Below, piece by piece: positions 13,023 through 30,950 of a stretch of DNA of 64,000 nt. Both the position numbers and the translations under genes were made by a program. The notes below the pieces were generated by a model that ran no database searches, was not told the DNA's origin, and saw only the letters and a list, made by a program, of their open reading frames with translations. Positions within the stretch are counted from its first letter, which is position 1. Each line of letters begins with the position of its first letter. Origin of the DNA: the human T2T-CHM13v2.0 reference genome, Homo sapiens; the NCBI RefSeq assembly GCF_009914755.1, contig NC_060944.1; one strand, given 5' to 3'.

Positions 13023-13415
13023 TGTATTAGTTAGGGTTCTCCAGAGAAACAGAGCTAACAGGATGTATATATAGAAAGAGGCTTATTGACGGCTCACATG
13101 ATTGTGGAAGCTTGACAAATCCAAAATCTTCAGGGTGGGCCAGCAGGCTGGAGACCTGAGAAAGAGTTGCAGTTTTAGTCCGAAGGTGATCCGTTGGCAG
13201 AATTCCCTCTGCCTCAGGGGCGGTGAGTCATTTTCTGTTAAGACCTTTAATTGATTGGATGAGGCTCACCCATATTATGGAGGGTAAGCTGTTTTACTCC
13301 AAGTCAACTGATTTAATATCAATCACAACTAAAAAAACACTTTCACAGAAACATACTATTTGATCAAATATCTGAGTACAGTGGTCTAGGCAAGTTGACA
13401 CATAAAACTATCACA
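13023..13415 (-). mobile_element. MLT2 (ERVL) solo LTR, MLT2C/D-like
   Basis: TG...CA termini 'tgtattagttagggttctccagagaaacaga' and 'caagttgacacataaaactatcaca'; 5-bp TSD gggac/ggaac. Confidence 0.85.
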
Positions 13416-15531
13416 GGAACTTGTTTTTGGAATCTGCCTTGTACCCCATAGCAGATTCAATCTTATATAGTATCCCAGCCCTAGGCCTTAAGCCTCCATC
13501 ACTTAGTTCCATCCTTTGTTTATGACTGTGCTTCAAGCCTACTTTGATTGATGGCACTGCTAAGACCGTGTGCCTTTCTGATCATACCATTAGCTTCAGT
13601 CTTGTTAACATTTTTATCTGTTGCAGACTGCTGCCTGGGCCTGGCCTCTTCCTATAACCCTAAGCTCCACTTTGATCCCAGCCTACTTCAGTCTTCTGCA
13701 CAGTTGATTTGGCCTACAGACTGCTGAACTGAGGCAGGATACTCATAGCTCTTAGGGGGCCATTAGTGTCCTGACAATGTCATATCTTCCCCTTAGCTTT
13801 GTATACTATCTAGAAGTTACGTGGCTTCCTGGGATTCTTATTACAAACTTCAGATCCTTCTTGTTTAGAGGTCATTTATTGTGAGGCTGCTCCTGCCCTC
13901 TTTGTTCTCTCATCATGTTTTGTAGGGAGGAGAAATTATTAAATATACTGCCATTTTTTAAATAATTGAATGCATATGGTATTTATGACCTGCATACCAG
14001 TACTGTTATTTCGCTCCATTATGACTTTTATTCTCAGAGGCCTATGGTTTTCAAATGCCACTGTTGTGAATAGCTGTCTGTAGAATTGCTACCATGGTGC
14101 TTGAATCCTTATACACTAGCCATTCTACCTGATACCGTATTCCAGTGAGCACTGTGCTTGCTGCCCAGCATTTCAGATTGGATCTGATTTCCTGGGATTA
14201 AATTCCAGACGTTATTTTCCAATTTGTCATCTGCCTGTTTGGGGGAAGTTTCTTTCAGGTTGTAGGTCAGATGGGTGTTCACTGACATCTTTAGATCTTA
14301 TTTATTGGGTCTTCTTGTTGGTATTTTTTTCTATAATGGCAGAATAATTTGTTTTCCTCTTCAGAATAATTGCAAGGTGAAAACAAATAATTCTAGCTTA
14401 AAAATGATATCAAATGACTTCATTGGTTATATTTTAGTAGCTTGGAATATTACAGAAAAGAAGTACATATTTTCTTCTGCTTTGAAAGGGGAAATTTAAA
14501 TCAGGATACTTTTAGTCTGTAAACATGACTACTTTTTAAAAACATATATGAGAAATATTGGAACAATAAAATCTGATTCATCTAATAGCTTTCCTTGATA
14601 CTTTTTATTTTTAACTATGATAGATATGTATTAACATGTAGTTATTCCCTTTGAAAAAGTATATTCATTTTCTAAAATGTACTTAGCTTTTCAAATATGA
14701 TTCTCACAGTGTCCTGTGTATTGTTAAAAATAATTACTGAAACAGTTTCACTTTGAAGTACAGTACTTGAAATCTTCAGATCAATATCGCCTTTTAAACC
14801 TTTAATACAACCTTATGCCAATCAATTCGCAAGTGTAGTTTGCTAAGGTAGAAACTTCTTGATTTCAGTACAATTATAACTGACCAATCTATATTTCAAA
14901 ATAGAGGCTTTTATAATGAGATTCCATATGGATATTGATTTCAATTTTCTGTGTTAATATAAAAGTGCAAGTGGTCTCAAGCTTAGGTGATCCAAAATAT
15001 TTTTTTAAGGTAGTTGTTTGAAACTTAGAATGTTTTTTCTAAAGAACTAGTGTTATACATGACAGGTTTCCAGGCCCACCCACAAAAGGCTGCTCAAACC
15101 ATAGTGTAAGCTGAAAATAGTGTCCTAATGGTGGCTGTAACTTCTTACTTCCCTGAAACCACTCTAAGTCCTGATTTTCTTTGTGTTCCTAGTATTTGAG
15201 TGTGAGAGGGAAGTTGGTAGAAGCAGGTAGGTTGTATCTGGTTAGGGTAAAAGTGAGAAAAAGGGTTGTTGATCAGTTCAGGTGGGGTTTAGGTATAGAA
15301 GCTTCATGAATTAGTGAGTTGCTAAATATCAGGGAATGTAAAGGGCAAAGTTTTGGCCTCTGGGGTCTAGCAATAGCAGGAATGGTGCCCCTGTCTTTAG
15401 CAGAGGACCTCAGTGTTTCCATAGGGTCTGTGATGGCGCAGTAAGGGTGTGGCCCTTAGCAGAGGTATTGGCACTGGTAGCTGTTTGTATACATAGGATT
15501 TTCGCAACTGTTTATAAGGATTGAATGCTGG

Positions 15532-16904
15532 TGAGAGGTGACAGCATGCTGGCAGTCCTCACAGCCTTCGCTCGCTCTCGGCGCCTCCTCTGCCTGGGCT
15601 CCCACTTTGGCGGCACTTGAGGAGCACTTCAGCCCACCGCTGCACTGTGTGAGCCCCTTTCTGGGCTGGCCAAGACTGGAGCCGGCTCCCTCAGCTTGCA
15701 GGGAGATGTGTAGGGAGGCGCGAGCGGGAACCGGGGCTGCGCGCGGCGCTTGCGGGCCAGCTGGAGTTCCGGGTGGGCGTGGGCTTGGCGGGCCGCGCAC
15801 TCGGAGCAGCCGGCCGGCCCTGCCAGCCCGGGCAATGAGGGGCTTAGCACCCGGGCCAGCGGCTGCGGAGGGTGTACTGGGTCCCCCAGCAGTGCCAGCC
15901 CACCGGCGCTGTGCTCGATTTCTCGCCGGGCCTTAGCTGCCTTCCCGCGGGGCAGGGCTCGGGACCTGCAGCCCGCCATGCCTGAGCCTCCCACCCACTC
16001 CGTGGGCTCCTGTGCGGCCAAGCCTCCCCGATGAGCGCCGCCCCCTGCTCCACGGCGCCCAGTCCCATCGACCACCCAAGGGCTGAGGAGTGCGGGCGCA
16101 CAGCGCGGGACTGGCAGGCATCTCCACCTGCAGCCCCAGTGCAGGATCCACTGGGTGAAGCCAGCTGGGCTCCTGAGTCTGGTGAGGACGTGGAGAACCT
16201 TTATGTCTAGCTCAGGGATTGTAAATACACCAATTGGCACTCTGTATCTAGCTCAAGGTTTGTAAACACACCAATCAGCACCCTGTGTCTAGCTCAGGGT
16301 TTGTGAATGCACCAATCTATACTCTGTATCTAGCTACTCTGGTGGGGCCTTGGAGAACCTTTGTGTCTAGCTCAGGGATTGTAAAGGCACCAATCAGCGC
16401 CCTGTGGAAGCAGACCACTTGGCTCTACCAATCAGCAGGATGTGGGTGGGGCCAGATAAGAGAATAAAAGCAGGCTGCCGGAGCCAGCAGTGGCAACAGG
16501 CTCGGGTCCCCTTCCACATGGTGGAAGCTTTGTTCTTTTGCTCTTTGCAATAAATCTTGGTACTGTTCTCTCTTTGGGTCCACGCTACCTTTATGAGATG
16601 TAACACTCACCACAAAGGTCTGCAGCTTCACTCCTGAAGCCAGCGAGACCACGAACCCACCGGGAGGAACGAACAACTCCAGATGCGCCGCCTTAAGAGC
16701 TGTAACACTCGCCGCCAAGGTCTGCAGCTTCACTCCTGAGCCAGCGAGACCATGCACCCACCAGAAGGAAGAAACTCCGAACGCATCTGAACATCAGAAG
16801 GAACAAACTCCGGACACGCTGCCTTTAAGAACTGTAACACCGCGAGGGTCCGCGGCTTCATTCTTGAAGTCAGTGAGACCAAGGACCCACCAATTCCGGA
16901 TACA
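15532..16904 (+). mobile_element. LTR12C (ERV9) solo LTR
   Basis: Starts 'tgagaggtgacagcatgctggcagtcctcacagcc' and ends 'caattccggataca'; CpG-rich U3; repeated 'tctagctcagggattgtaaa..caccaatc' units; 4-bp TSD ctgg at 15528-15531 and 16905-16908. Confidence 0.95.
16200..16560 (+). promoter_or_regulatory. LTR12C enhancer/promoter core: NF-Y CCAAT repeats, GATA site, AATAAAA TATA-like box, poly(A) signal
   Basis: CCAAT at ~16230, 16271, 16312, 16390 and 16428; agataa at ~16454; aataaaa at ~16463; aataaa at ~16549. Confidence 0.7.
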
Positions 16905-17044
16905 CTGGGATTTAGATGCCAACTTTACTTTTTTTAGGGTCTGCTGGGCTGAGCCTTTAAAATTTCCCTTTGCTTTTAGAAATTAATTTATGGACCATAC
17001 TTGTATTTGACCCATTATCCCAAGAAAATTCTTAAAGCAAACAT

Positions 17045-17713
<669 letters not shown>

Positions 17714-17918
17714 TAGTCTTAACTGTAATAGCAAAAGGTTAGAAAAGACCTAAATGGCTATCAATGAAGAATTGCTTACATAAGTTAGATTTTTACTTAA
17801 TGGAATATTATGTATGTATCCATGAAAATGATGTAAAAACGTATAGTCCTTGATTTAGGAAGATGTCTGAAATATTTTCTTAAATAAAAATTGTCACAGA
17901 AAAAAAGACATTAATTTC

Positions 17919-18205
17919 GGCCAGCTGAGGTGGCTCATGCCTGTAATCCCAGCACTTTCAGAGGCCAACGGGTGGTTTACTTGAGGCCAGGAGTTCGAGT
18001 TTAGCCTGGGCAACATGGCGAAACCCCATCTCTACTAAAAATACAAAAATTAGCTGGGTGTGGTGGCACACGCCCATAATCCCAGCTACTCAGGAGGTTG
18101 AGGCACAAGAATTGCTTGAACCTGGGAGGCAGCAGAGGTTGCAGTGAGCCAGGATCATGCCACAGCACACCAGACTCTGTCTCAAAAAAAAAAAAAAAGA
18201 AAAGA
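17919..18205 (+). mobile_element. Alu (J/Sz)
   Basis: Dimeric Alu with poly(A); TSD aaaaaagacattaa. Confidence 0.93.
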
Positions 18206-19834
18206 AAAAAGACATTAAATGCAAAGAACAGTGTCAGTATTGCTAGGATGTCAGTTCTTTCCAACTATATGTTCAACATATCCCAAAAGTAAGTTGCAAA
18301 ACTATAAAACTTTAGGAGATAACGTAGGACAAAATATAGGTGATCGTAGTTTGCTGATGAGCTTCTTTTAGATACAACACCAAAAACACTGTACATGAGA
18401 GAAGAAATTGGCAAGTGAGACTTCATTACATAAAAAATTTCTGCTTTGTGAAAGACACTGTTAAGAGAACGAAAAGACAAGCCACAGGCTGGGAGAAAAC
18501 TTTGTAAATATATATCCATCTGATAAAAGACTGGTATCTAAAATATACAAATAATTCTTAAAACCCAACAATAAGAAAACAACTCAAGTAAAAAGTAAGG
18601 GAAAGATTTGAACAGATACTTCACTAAATAAGATGTACAGATGGCAAATAAGCACATGAAAAGATGCTCAGTATTATATGTCATTAAAGAATTGCAAGTT
18701 AAAATAACAATTAGCTATCATAATAGCTAAACCCAAAACTCTGATAACATTGAATGCTGACAAGGACGTGGAACAACAGTAACTCTCATTCATTGCTGGT
18801 GGGAATGCAAAATGGTACAGCTGCTTTGGAAGACAGGTTGGTAGGTTCTTACAAAGCTAAACTTAGTCTTACTGTATGATCCAGCACACATGCTTCTAGT
18901 ATTTACCCTGAGTTGAAGACTGTCCACACAAAAACTTTTACATGAATATTTTTAGCTACTTTATCATAATTGGACCAAAGTAGAAGCAACCAAGATGTCC
19001 TTCAGTGGAAAAATGCATAGACAAACTATGGTACACAGATATAATGGAATACAGATATAATGCGGAGACACTGCAGTTTTGGTTTCAGACCACCACAATA
19101 AATTGAGTATAGCAATAAAGTGAGTCACAGAAATTGTTTGCTTTCCTAATGCAAATAAAATTATGTTTATACTATACTTTAGTCTATTATTTGATAGCAT
19201 TATATCTAAAAACATGTACATACCTTAATTTAAAAATACTTAATTGCTAAATATTGCTAATGATCATCTGAGTCTTCAGTGAGTTACAGTCTTTTTGCTG
19301 ATAGAGGGTCTTGGCTCATTGTTGATCAGGGTGATGGTTGCTGAAGGTTAGGGTGGCTGTGGCAATTTCTTGAAGTAAGACAACAGGGAAGTTTGGTGTG
19401 GTTAACTTATCCTTTCAATTTCTCTGTAGCACGGGATGCTGTTTGATAGCATTGTACACACAGTAGAATTTCTTTCAAAATTGGGTTCAGTCCTCTCAAA
19501 CAGTACCGCTGCTTTATCAACTAAATTTGTGGGATATTCTAATCCTTTGTTGTCATTTCAACAGTCTACATAGCATTTTCAAAAGGAGTAGTTTCCATCT
19601 CAAGAAACCACTTTCTTTGCTCATCCTTAAGAAGTAACTCCTCATCTGTTCAAGTTTTGTTGTGAGACTGCAGCAATTTAGTTATGTCTTTAGGGTTCAC
19701 TTCTAATTCTAGTTCTCTTGCTATTTTTACCACATCTGCAGTGATTTCCTTCATTGAAGTCTTGAAGCCCTCAAATTCATCCACCAGGCTTGGAATCAAC
19801 TTCTTCCAAACTCTCATTCATGTTTATATATATA

Positions 19835-19896
19835 TATAACACAGGCTGGGCCCATATATATATATATATATATATATGGGCCCAGCCTATGTTATA
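19835..19896. repeat. 62-bp near-perfect palindrome with an (AT)12 core
   Basis: tataacacaggctgggccc-(at)12-gggcccagcctatgttata; 30 of 31 pairs are complementary. Confidence 0.95.
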
Positions 19897-20305
19897 ATTT
19901 GACCTCCTTTTACAAATCATGAATGTTCTTAATGGCATCTAGAATGGTGAATCCTTTTAAGAAGGTTTAGAATTACTATCTGTGGCAGTTATAGCCCTAT
20001 TAAATGTATTTCTTAGAAGAAGGCTTGAAAGTTGAAATTAGTCCTTGATCCATGGACTACTGAAGGGATGTTGTGTTAGCAGGTGTGAAAAAAACATTCA
20101 TCTTGTAGATCAGAGCTTTTGGGTGGCCAGGAGCATTGTCAATGAGCAGTAATATTTTGAAAGGAATCTTTTTTTTTTTTCTGAGCAGTAAGTCTCAATA
20201 GTAATCTTAAAATATTCAGTAGACCATGTTGTAAACAAATGTGCTGTCATCCAAGCTTTGTTGTTCCATTTATAGAGCACAGGCAGAGTGCATTTAGCAT
20301 CATTC

Positions 20306-21446
<1,141 letters not shown>

Positions 21447-22572
21447 TCAAACTAAAGTTACAAGCTGCTGTAGCTCTTAACAAGAGAGTTAGTCTGTCCT
21501 TTGACTCTTCGAAGCTAAGTATTGACTTCTCCCCTCTGGCTATGAAAATCCCAGATAGTGTCATCTTCCAAAATAAGGCTGTTTTGCCTACACAGGAAAT
21601 CTCTTGTTTAGTATAGCCACCTTCATCAGTTATCTTAGCTAGATCTAGATAACTTGCTGAACCTTCTACATCAGCACTTGCTACTTCATCTTTCACTTTT
21701 ATGTTATGGAGATGGCTTCTTTCCTTAAACCTCAGGAACCTACCTCCGCTAGCTCCCAGCTTTTCTTCTGCAGCTTCCTCACCTCTGTCAGCCTTCATAG
21801 AATTGAAGAGACTTCGGGCTTTGTTCTGGATTAGGCTTTGGTTTAAGGGAATATTGTGGTTGGTTTGATGTTCTATCCAGATTGCTCAAATTTTCTCCAC
21901 ATCAGCAATAGGGCTGTTGCACTTTCTTATCAAATGTGTGTTCACTGAAGTGGCACTTTCAGTTTCCTTCAAGAAATTTTCCTTTGCATTTACAATTCAG
22001 CCAACTGTTTGGCACATGAGGCCTAGCTTTCAGCTTGTCTTGGCTTTTGACGTGTCCTCCTCACTAAGCTTAATCATTTCTAGCTTTTGATCGAAAGTGA
22101 GACACATGTGACTCTTTCTTTCAGTTGAACACTTAGAGGCCATTGTAGGTTTATTAATTGGCCTAATTCCAATCTTGTTGTGTCTCAGGGAATAGGGAGG
22201 CTGGAGGAGAGGGAGAGATATGGATAATGGCTGGTCAGTGGAGCAGTCAGAGCACACACATTTATAGATTAAGTTCATTGTCTTATATGGGTGTGGTTCA
22301 TGGTGCCCCAAGACAATTACAGTTATAACATCAAAGATCACTGATCACAGATCACCATAAGAGATAAAATAATAATGGAAATGTCTGAAATGTAAGAATC
22401 ACCAAAACCTGACACAGAGACACTAAGTGAGCACATCCGCTTGGGAAAATGGTACCGATAGATGTGCTTGATGCAGCGTTGCCACAGACCTTCAATTTGT
22501 AAAACATTCAATATCTGTGAAGCACAATAAGTAAAGCATAATAAAATGAGGTATGCCTGTCTTATTTAGTGA

Positions 22573-22942
<370 letters not shown>

Positions 22943-24529
22943 TTAAATGCCTATTACTAAGTGAAAGATAGCCAGTCTTAAAAGCCTTTATATACTGCCT
23001 GATGCCAACTATATGACATTATGGAAAAGGCAAAACTATAGAGACAATAAAAAGATCAGTGGTTGATAGGAGTTGAGTAGGAGGAGTGAATAGGTTGAGC
23101 ATATGGCAGTTTTAGGGCCGTGAAACTATTCTGTATGATACTGTAAAGGTAAATATATGATATTACGGATTTGCAAAACCCGCAGAGCTGTACAAGAATG
23201 AACCCTCATGTAATCTCTGGACTTTAATAAATAATAATGTATCAATATTGGTAAATCAGTTGTAACAAATGTACCACAGTGATGCAAGATGTTAATAATA
23301 GGGCCAACTTTGGACAGGGGAGAGAGGGTATATGGGGACTCTGTACTTTATGACCAATTTTTGTCAAAACTTAAAACTGCACTACTAAAAATAAAAGCAA
23401 TAATAAAACTCACTAAAAATGCATCAATTTAAAAAAAGTTAAAAAACCATGTATTATATTGATTGTTCATATATCCTTTTCCATAATTCTCCAGTGACTT
23501 AATATTTGAATTTAAACAATTTAAAAATGATATTCATATAATTCCAAGGTTTTCCACACATTTTTTATGGACTCTCAATTGTTCTTGGGTGTACCTTAGT
23601 TATTCTTAGTTCATCTGTTATTTTCCTGTAAGTACATATTTCCTGAAGGTATATGGTTATACTTTGAAACAAAATTAGAAATGATCTTACATTAAATATT
23701 ATCCTATTTAAACTATTTTAATAGTTTTAGATGATTTAAGTTCTCAGCATGCTTTTTCTATCTTCTGTGCTATATATGCTCTATTTTTATATCCTTTGTT
23801 TCTTTGCAGATGAAATGGTTTCTATTGTTCTAGTTCTTTCTGTCTTTTGCCAATAGCCCACCTCATATCTCTGTACATGCACACCCATCACAAACAGACA
23901 GACACACACATGCATACAGACTTTTGAACCTTAGAGTTAAGCTGCATTCTTGTCAAAAAGATCTAGCACTCCAAGAGTGGATGCCTCTCCCTTTCTTTGG
24001 GAGATCAGCATTACTCATCACCTCAAATATTCTTGCTTCACTATTTGCTCATTGTTTTGGATATACAGAGCACTTAAATATTTGCTATTTTAGTGCATCA
24101 TTAATGAACCGTTTATTATGTTTTCAAAGTCAAATATGGGTCAAAGTAATTTTTTTAACTAAGTTTTACTCTTCGGGTTCTTTTTTAATGTGAAAAAAAG
24201 AGGCCCACACTGTTTCTGTCTATTTATAGGTGGTAATTGGAAGTTGGTACAAGAGTAGTCTAAACAGAGGAGTCATATTGCTCCAGGCAGATTAAAAAAG
24301 GTATCTAGTTATATAAGCCTACATAAAGCCACATCTCCAGACTAATATTTTCAAACGTGAAGGGGATAAAATTTATATTATGAACAGCTGTAGATTTAAC
24401 TTTGTAAAGCCTAAAATTATAGTAGAAAATATTTCAATTATAGTTCTTAAAATATGAAAGAGATGTTGATTGTACATTGAAATATTTTGCATAATGACAT
24501 CTATTTTTCACACACATGCATACATACAC

Positions 24530-24680
24530 ACACATTCCCATTTTGTAGATTATAAAACAGAGGCACACAGTAGTTAAGAGGCTTGTATAAGCTTACACAG
24601 CTAGCAGGGAGACCATGATTCAAACATCAGGCAGTAGAACTCCTGAGTACCCTCTCTGAACTGCTAAGCTATGTTACCTC
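24530..24680 (-). mobile_element. MIR SINE
   Basis: 'cccattttgtagattataaaacagaggcacacagtagttaag...cacagctag'. Confidence 0.65.
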
Positions 24681-26059
24681 TCATCTTAACTAACATGACT
24701 CATTTTTTGCCCTTAAAATGCCTTGAAAAATACTATGAAGAAATACCTCATCCAGCTGTAGAGGAACAACCAACTACATTTATTTTTAGAAATGATAAAG
24801 GAATTGTTTTGCTCTGTACATAGACTTCTACAACTAGAGCAGTTGCATAACGTGGTCTGTGTAGATTACACTTTTTTCACGATTCATTTAACTACTTGAA
24901 TTTGATATCATTTCCTTTCAAACTGAAGCACATCTGATGCAGATTTACTGGGACATTCGCACTCCATTTTGGTTTTAAAAGTTGCAGACCTCATTTACAA
25001 GAGCATGAACAACATAGCTATTTGAAATTATCCCATCTTTTATAAGGTTTCACTTTTCTTCTGGAAAGGCAAATAATACGTGGAAAAACATACTTATAGT
25101 ATTACTGTTTTTTTAATTATAACTGACATACTGCTCATGGACTAGTTGCCAGTTAACCCACTGATGTGTAAATGTCCTAAACTGAGAGGCTTGACTGAAG
25201 AAAAATAACCAAGTTACTTAGCCTATATGACGAAGTTTCCTAAAAACCCCTCCATACACATTTGGAAATATTCATATTATATGTTTTTTTAAATCTCTAA
25301 ATGGGAAATTCATGTGTATTTTTGAAATCAAATCCAGACTGCTTTGATTTGCTTGTGCTTACGTCCTATAATTTCAATGTCAAGATGCAAAATTGTACTA
25401 GTCATTCCTTGGAGTGGTTAAAAATGAAACAGTAGTTTGATTTCATATTCATGATCGATTAAGTGAGAAATCAACTGTGCAGTAGAACTTTTCCAGTTTA
25501 TGTAATTCTTGAAGCTTTATGAGCTTTAGAATCAAAACGCTTTCATGATCTTTGCTTAAGACATTATAGTAGTGTTGCTTAGAAGACAAAGCAAATAAAA
25601 ATACTTTTATACTCTTCGCTTAATACCTTGTAGTAGTCTTGCTTACTTAAAAAAAAAGCAAAAAAAACTACATCTGCCATCTTGCATTTAATATTTAGAA
25701 AATACGAAAATGAAAGAATCAAATTAACAAACATTTATTTACTCAACATAAATAATTAACATTTTTGGTTTTTTGCTTAATATATTTTATTAAAAATTTG
25801 ACGTCAAAGATAAGGTTGAAGTCCACTCTGTTACTTCTTTAGTTCCAGCAACCGCCCTCTCTTTTCAGAGGCTACTGCATTTATGAATTTGGTGTATATT
25901 CATTTAGTTCATACTTTTGTCCATTGCCTCTACTAGTTTAATGCTTTAAATTCAATCTGCCTTCTTGTATCAACCATCATGTTTAGCATTTTAGATACAC
26001 CATATTTTAAACTATTTCCAATCAAAATGTCAGTTATTAAAAAAATCAGTGTTTATTAT

Positions 26060-26700
26060 AAATTTCTATGATAAATATTTTTCTTGGATCTAATTCCTTC
26101 TTTATTGCCAAAATTTGTTTTTAATGAGTGTAACAAACTGTTAATTTTTGTATGTCTGAAAATTTCTTTATTTTATCCTTACTCTTCAATAACTTAGATT
26201 CAAGTATAGAATCCTGGGTATAGAATTCCTGCTGGATGGTTAGTCTTCTTCAATAATTAGAAGATAATATTTCATAATCTAGTAGCATTTGTTGTTGCTG
26301 ATGAGAAGTGTTAGTATAATTGCTACCTCTATAACAAGCTCTCATATCTCTCTGATAGCTTTAAATATTTTCTTTTTGTCTTTGTTGTTATGGAATTTCA
26401 TTACAATTATGAATACCTGTCGATTTATGTGTGTATATATAAATACAATCTCCCATTTCTTCAATCTGATGATTCTTTTTTTTGTTAGAGAATATCAGCC
26501 ACATACTTTGTATATATTATCATCTCTGCACATTCTCTTTTTTTCCTCACTTAGTGGGACTCCTATGAGACAAATGATTCATCTTTTCATTCTTATACCT
26601 CAAATCAATTTCTCTTTCATAGTTTTTATCTTTTTTCTTTCCATATTGTGTATCTGCCTCATATATCTCTTTAGCTAAGTCTAATTTATAGTTCTATTAA
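26060..26700 (-). mobile_element. Ancient L1M(E) fragment
   Basis: 'gggtatagaattcc...ttgctgatgagaagt...gggactcctatgagacaaatg'. Confidence 0.5.
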
Positions 26701-26702
26701 TT

Positions 26703-27358
26703 CTTTATTTATTTATTTTATTATTATTATTATACTTTAAGTTTTAGGGTACATGTGCACAGTGTGCAGGTTAGTTACATATGTATACATGTGCCATGCT
26801 GGTGTGCTGCACCCATTAACTTGTCATTTAGCATTAGGTATATCTCCTAATGCTATCCCTCTCCCCTCCCCCCCACCCCAAAACAGGCCCCAGAGTGTGA
26901 TGTTCCCCTTTCTGTGTCCATGTGTTCTCATTGTTCAATTCCCACCTATGAGTGAGAACGTGCGGTGTTTGGTTTTTTTGTCCTTGCGATAATTTGCTGA
27001 GAATGATGGTTTCCAGCTTCATCCATGTCCCCACAAAGGACATGAACTCATCCTTTTTTATGGCTGCATAGTATTCCATGGTGTATATGTGCCACATTTT
27101 CTTAATCCAGTCTATCATTGTTGGACATTTGGGTTGGTTCCAAGTCTTTGCTATTGTGAATAGTGCCACAATAAACATACGTGTGCATGTGTCTTTATAG
27201 CAGCATGATTTATAATCCTTTGTGTATATACCCAGTAATGGGATGGCTGGGTCAAATGGTCTTTCTAGTTCTAGATCCCTGAGGAATTGCCACACTGACT
27301 TCCACAATGGTTGAACTAGTTTACAGTCCCACCAACAGTGCAAAAGTATTCCTATTTC
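26703..27358 (-). mobile_element. 5'-truncated L1PA3/PA4 3' end, no evident TSD
   Basis: (ttta/tta)n tail, L1PA 3'UTR, ORF2 C-terminus [15 protein letters not shown]... Confidence 0.93.
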
Positions 27359-30015
<2,657 letters not shown>

Positions 30016-30018
30016 TTT

Positions 30019-30296
30019 GGCTGGGCGTGGCGGCTCTTGCCTGTAATCTCAGCACTTTGGGAGGCCGAGGTGGGTGGATCATGAGGTCAGGAATTCAAGA
30101 TCAGCCTGACCAACATGGTGAAACCCCCTCTCTACTAAAAATACAAAAAATAGCTGGGTGTGGTGGCACGTGCCTGTAATCCCAGCTATTCAGGAGAATC
30201 ACCTGAACCCGGGAGGCGGAGGTTGCAGTGAGCCGAGATTGCATCACTGCACTTCAGCCTGGGTGACAGAGTGAGACTCCGTCTCAAAAAAAAAAA
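30019..30296 (+). mobile_element. AluS in the L1 tail
   Basis: Dimeric Alu with a short right-arm deletion; TSD aaaagtttt. Confidence 0.93.
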
Positions 30297-30759
30297 GTTT
30301 TTAAGAAATAAATACAAAAGAACACGAAGAAGTATTTGCTAACGCATATTTTTCTTTTGGAGCTTAGTATATTAATAGGTATGTGATGCATATTAACTAG
30401 CATAATCTGAGATATTTATAAAGGAAAATATCATCTTGCTAAGTGGTTATATCTCAGCCAAAAATAAATTTACATTTGTTATAAAAACTGAAAATTTATG
30501 TGGTTTATGTGTAGAAGGCTTATAGAATCAGTATGATTTTCATTCAGATTGGTGTGTGATTTTTTTTATCAGTAGAAAATTTTATGATAACAACATGAAC
30601 CACTGCTGGGAATTCAATGGACCGTAAACATAGGCACATAACAGACATGGAAACACGTACATTGTGAAGGATAAGTAGATATTTATCAAATTATATATAT
30701 ATGATACATATACATATAAGCATATATGTATATATATGTAAAACATTGTAACCATGGCC

Positions 30760-30950
30760 ACCACCTTTAGTAAAGGTACATGGTGATATGAGTGCTTATA
30801 ATAGGGAATTACCTTGTCAGGGAAGTTAAGGAAGGCTTTCCTGAACAACTGATGCTTGAACTCCAACCTGTGGGATGATGTGTTAGAACTGGCTAGTGAG
30901 TGGGAATATCCTTACAAGGAGGGGCCCTGTAGCAGAAGGAAAAGCAGATG
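30760..30950 (-). mobile_element. L2 fragment
   Basis: 'gggaagttaaggaaggctttcctga...tgatgcttgaact'. Confidence 0.5.

Noticed and set aside
15456-16757. Dense cluster of ORFs up to 203 aa, CpG-island-like
   Set aside because: They lie essentially within the GC-rich LTR12C, where stops are scarce; this is not a host gene.
16200-16860. Regularly spaced direct repeats resembling a CRISPR array
   Set aside because: These are normal LTR12 U3/U5 tandem units; there are no unique spacers or cas genes, and the DNA is eukaryotic.
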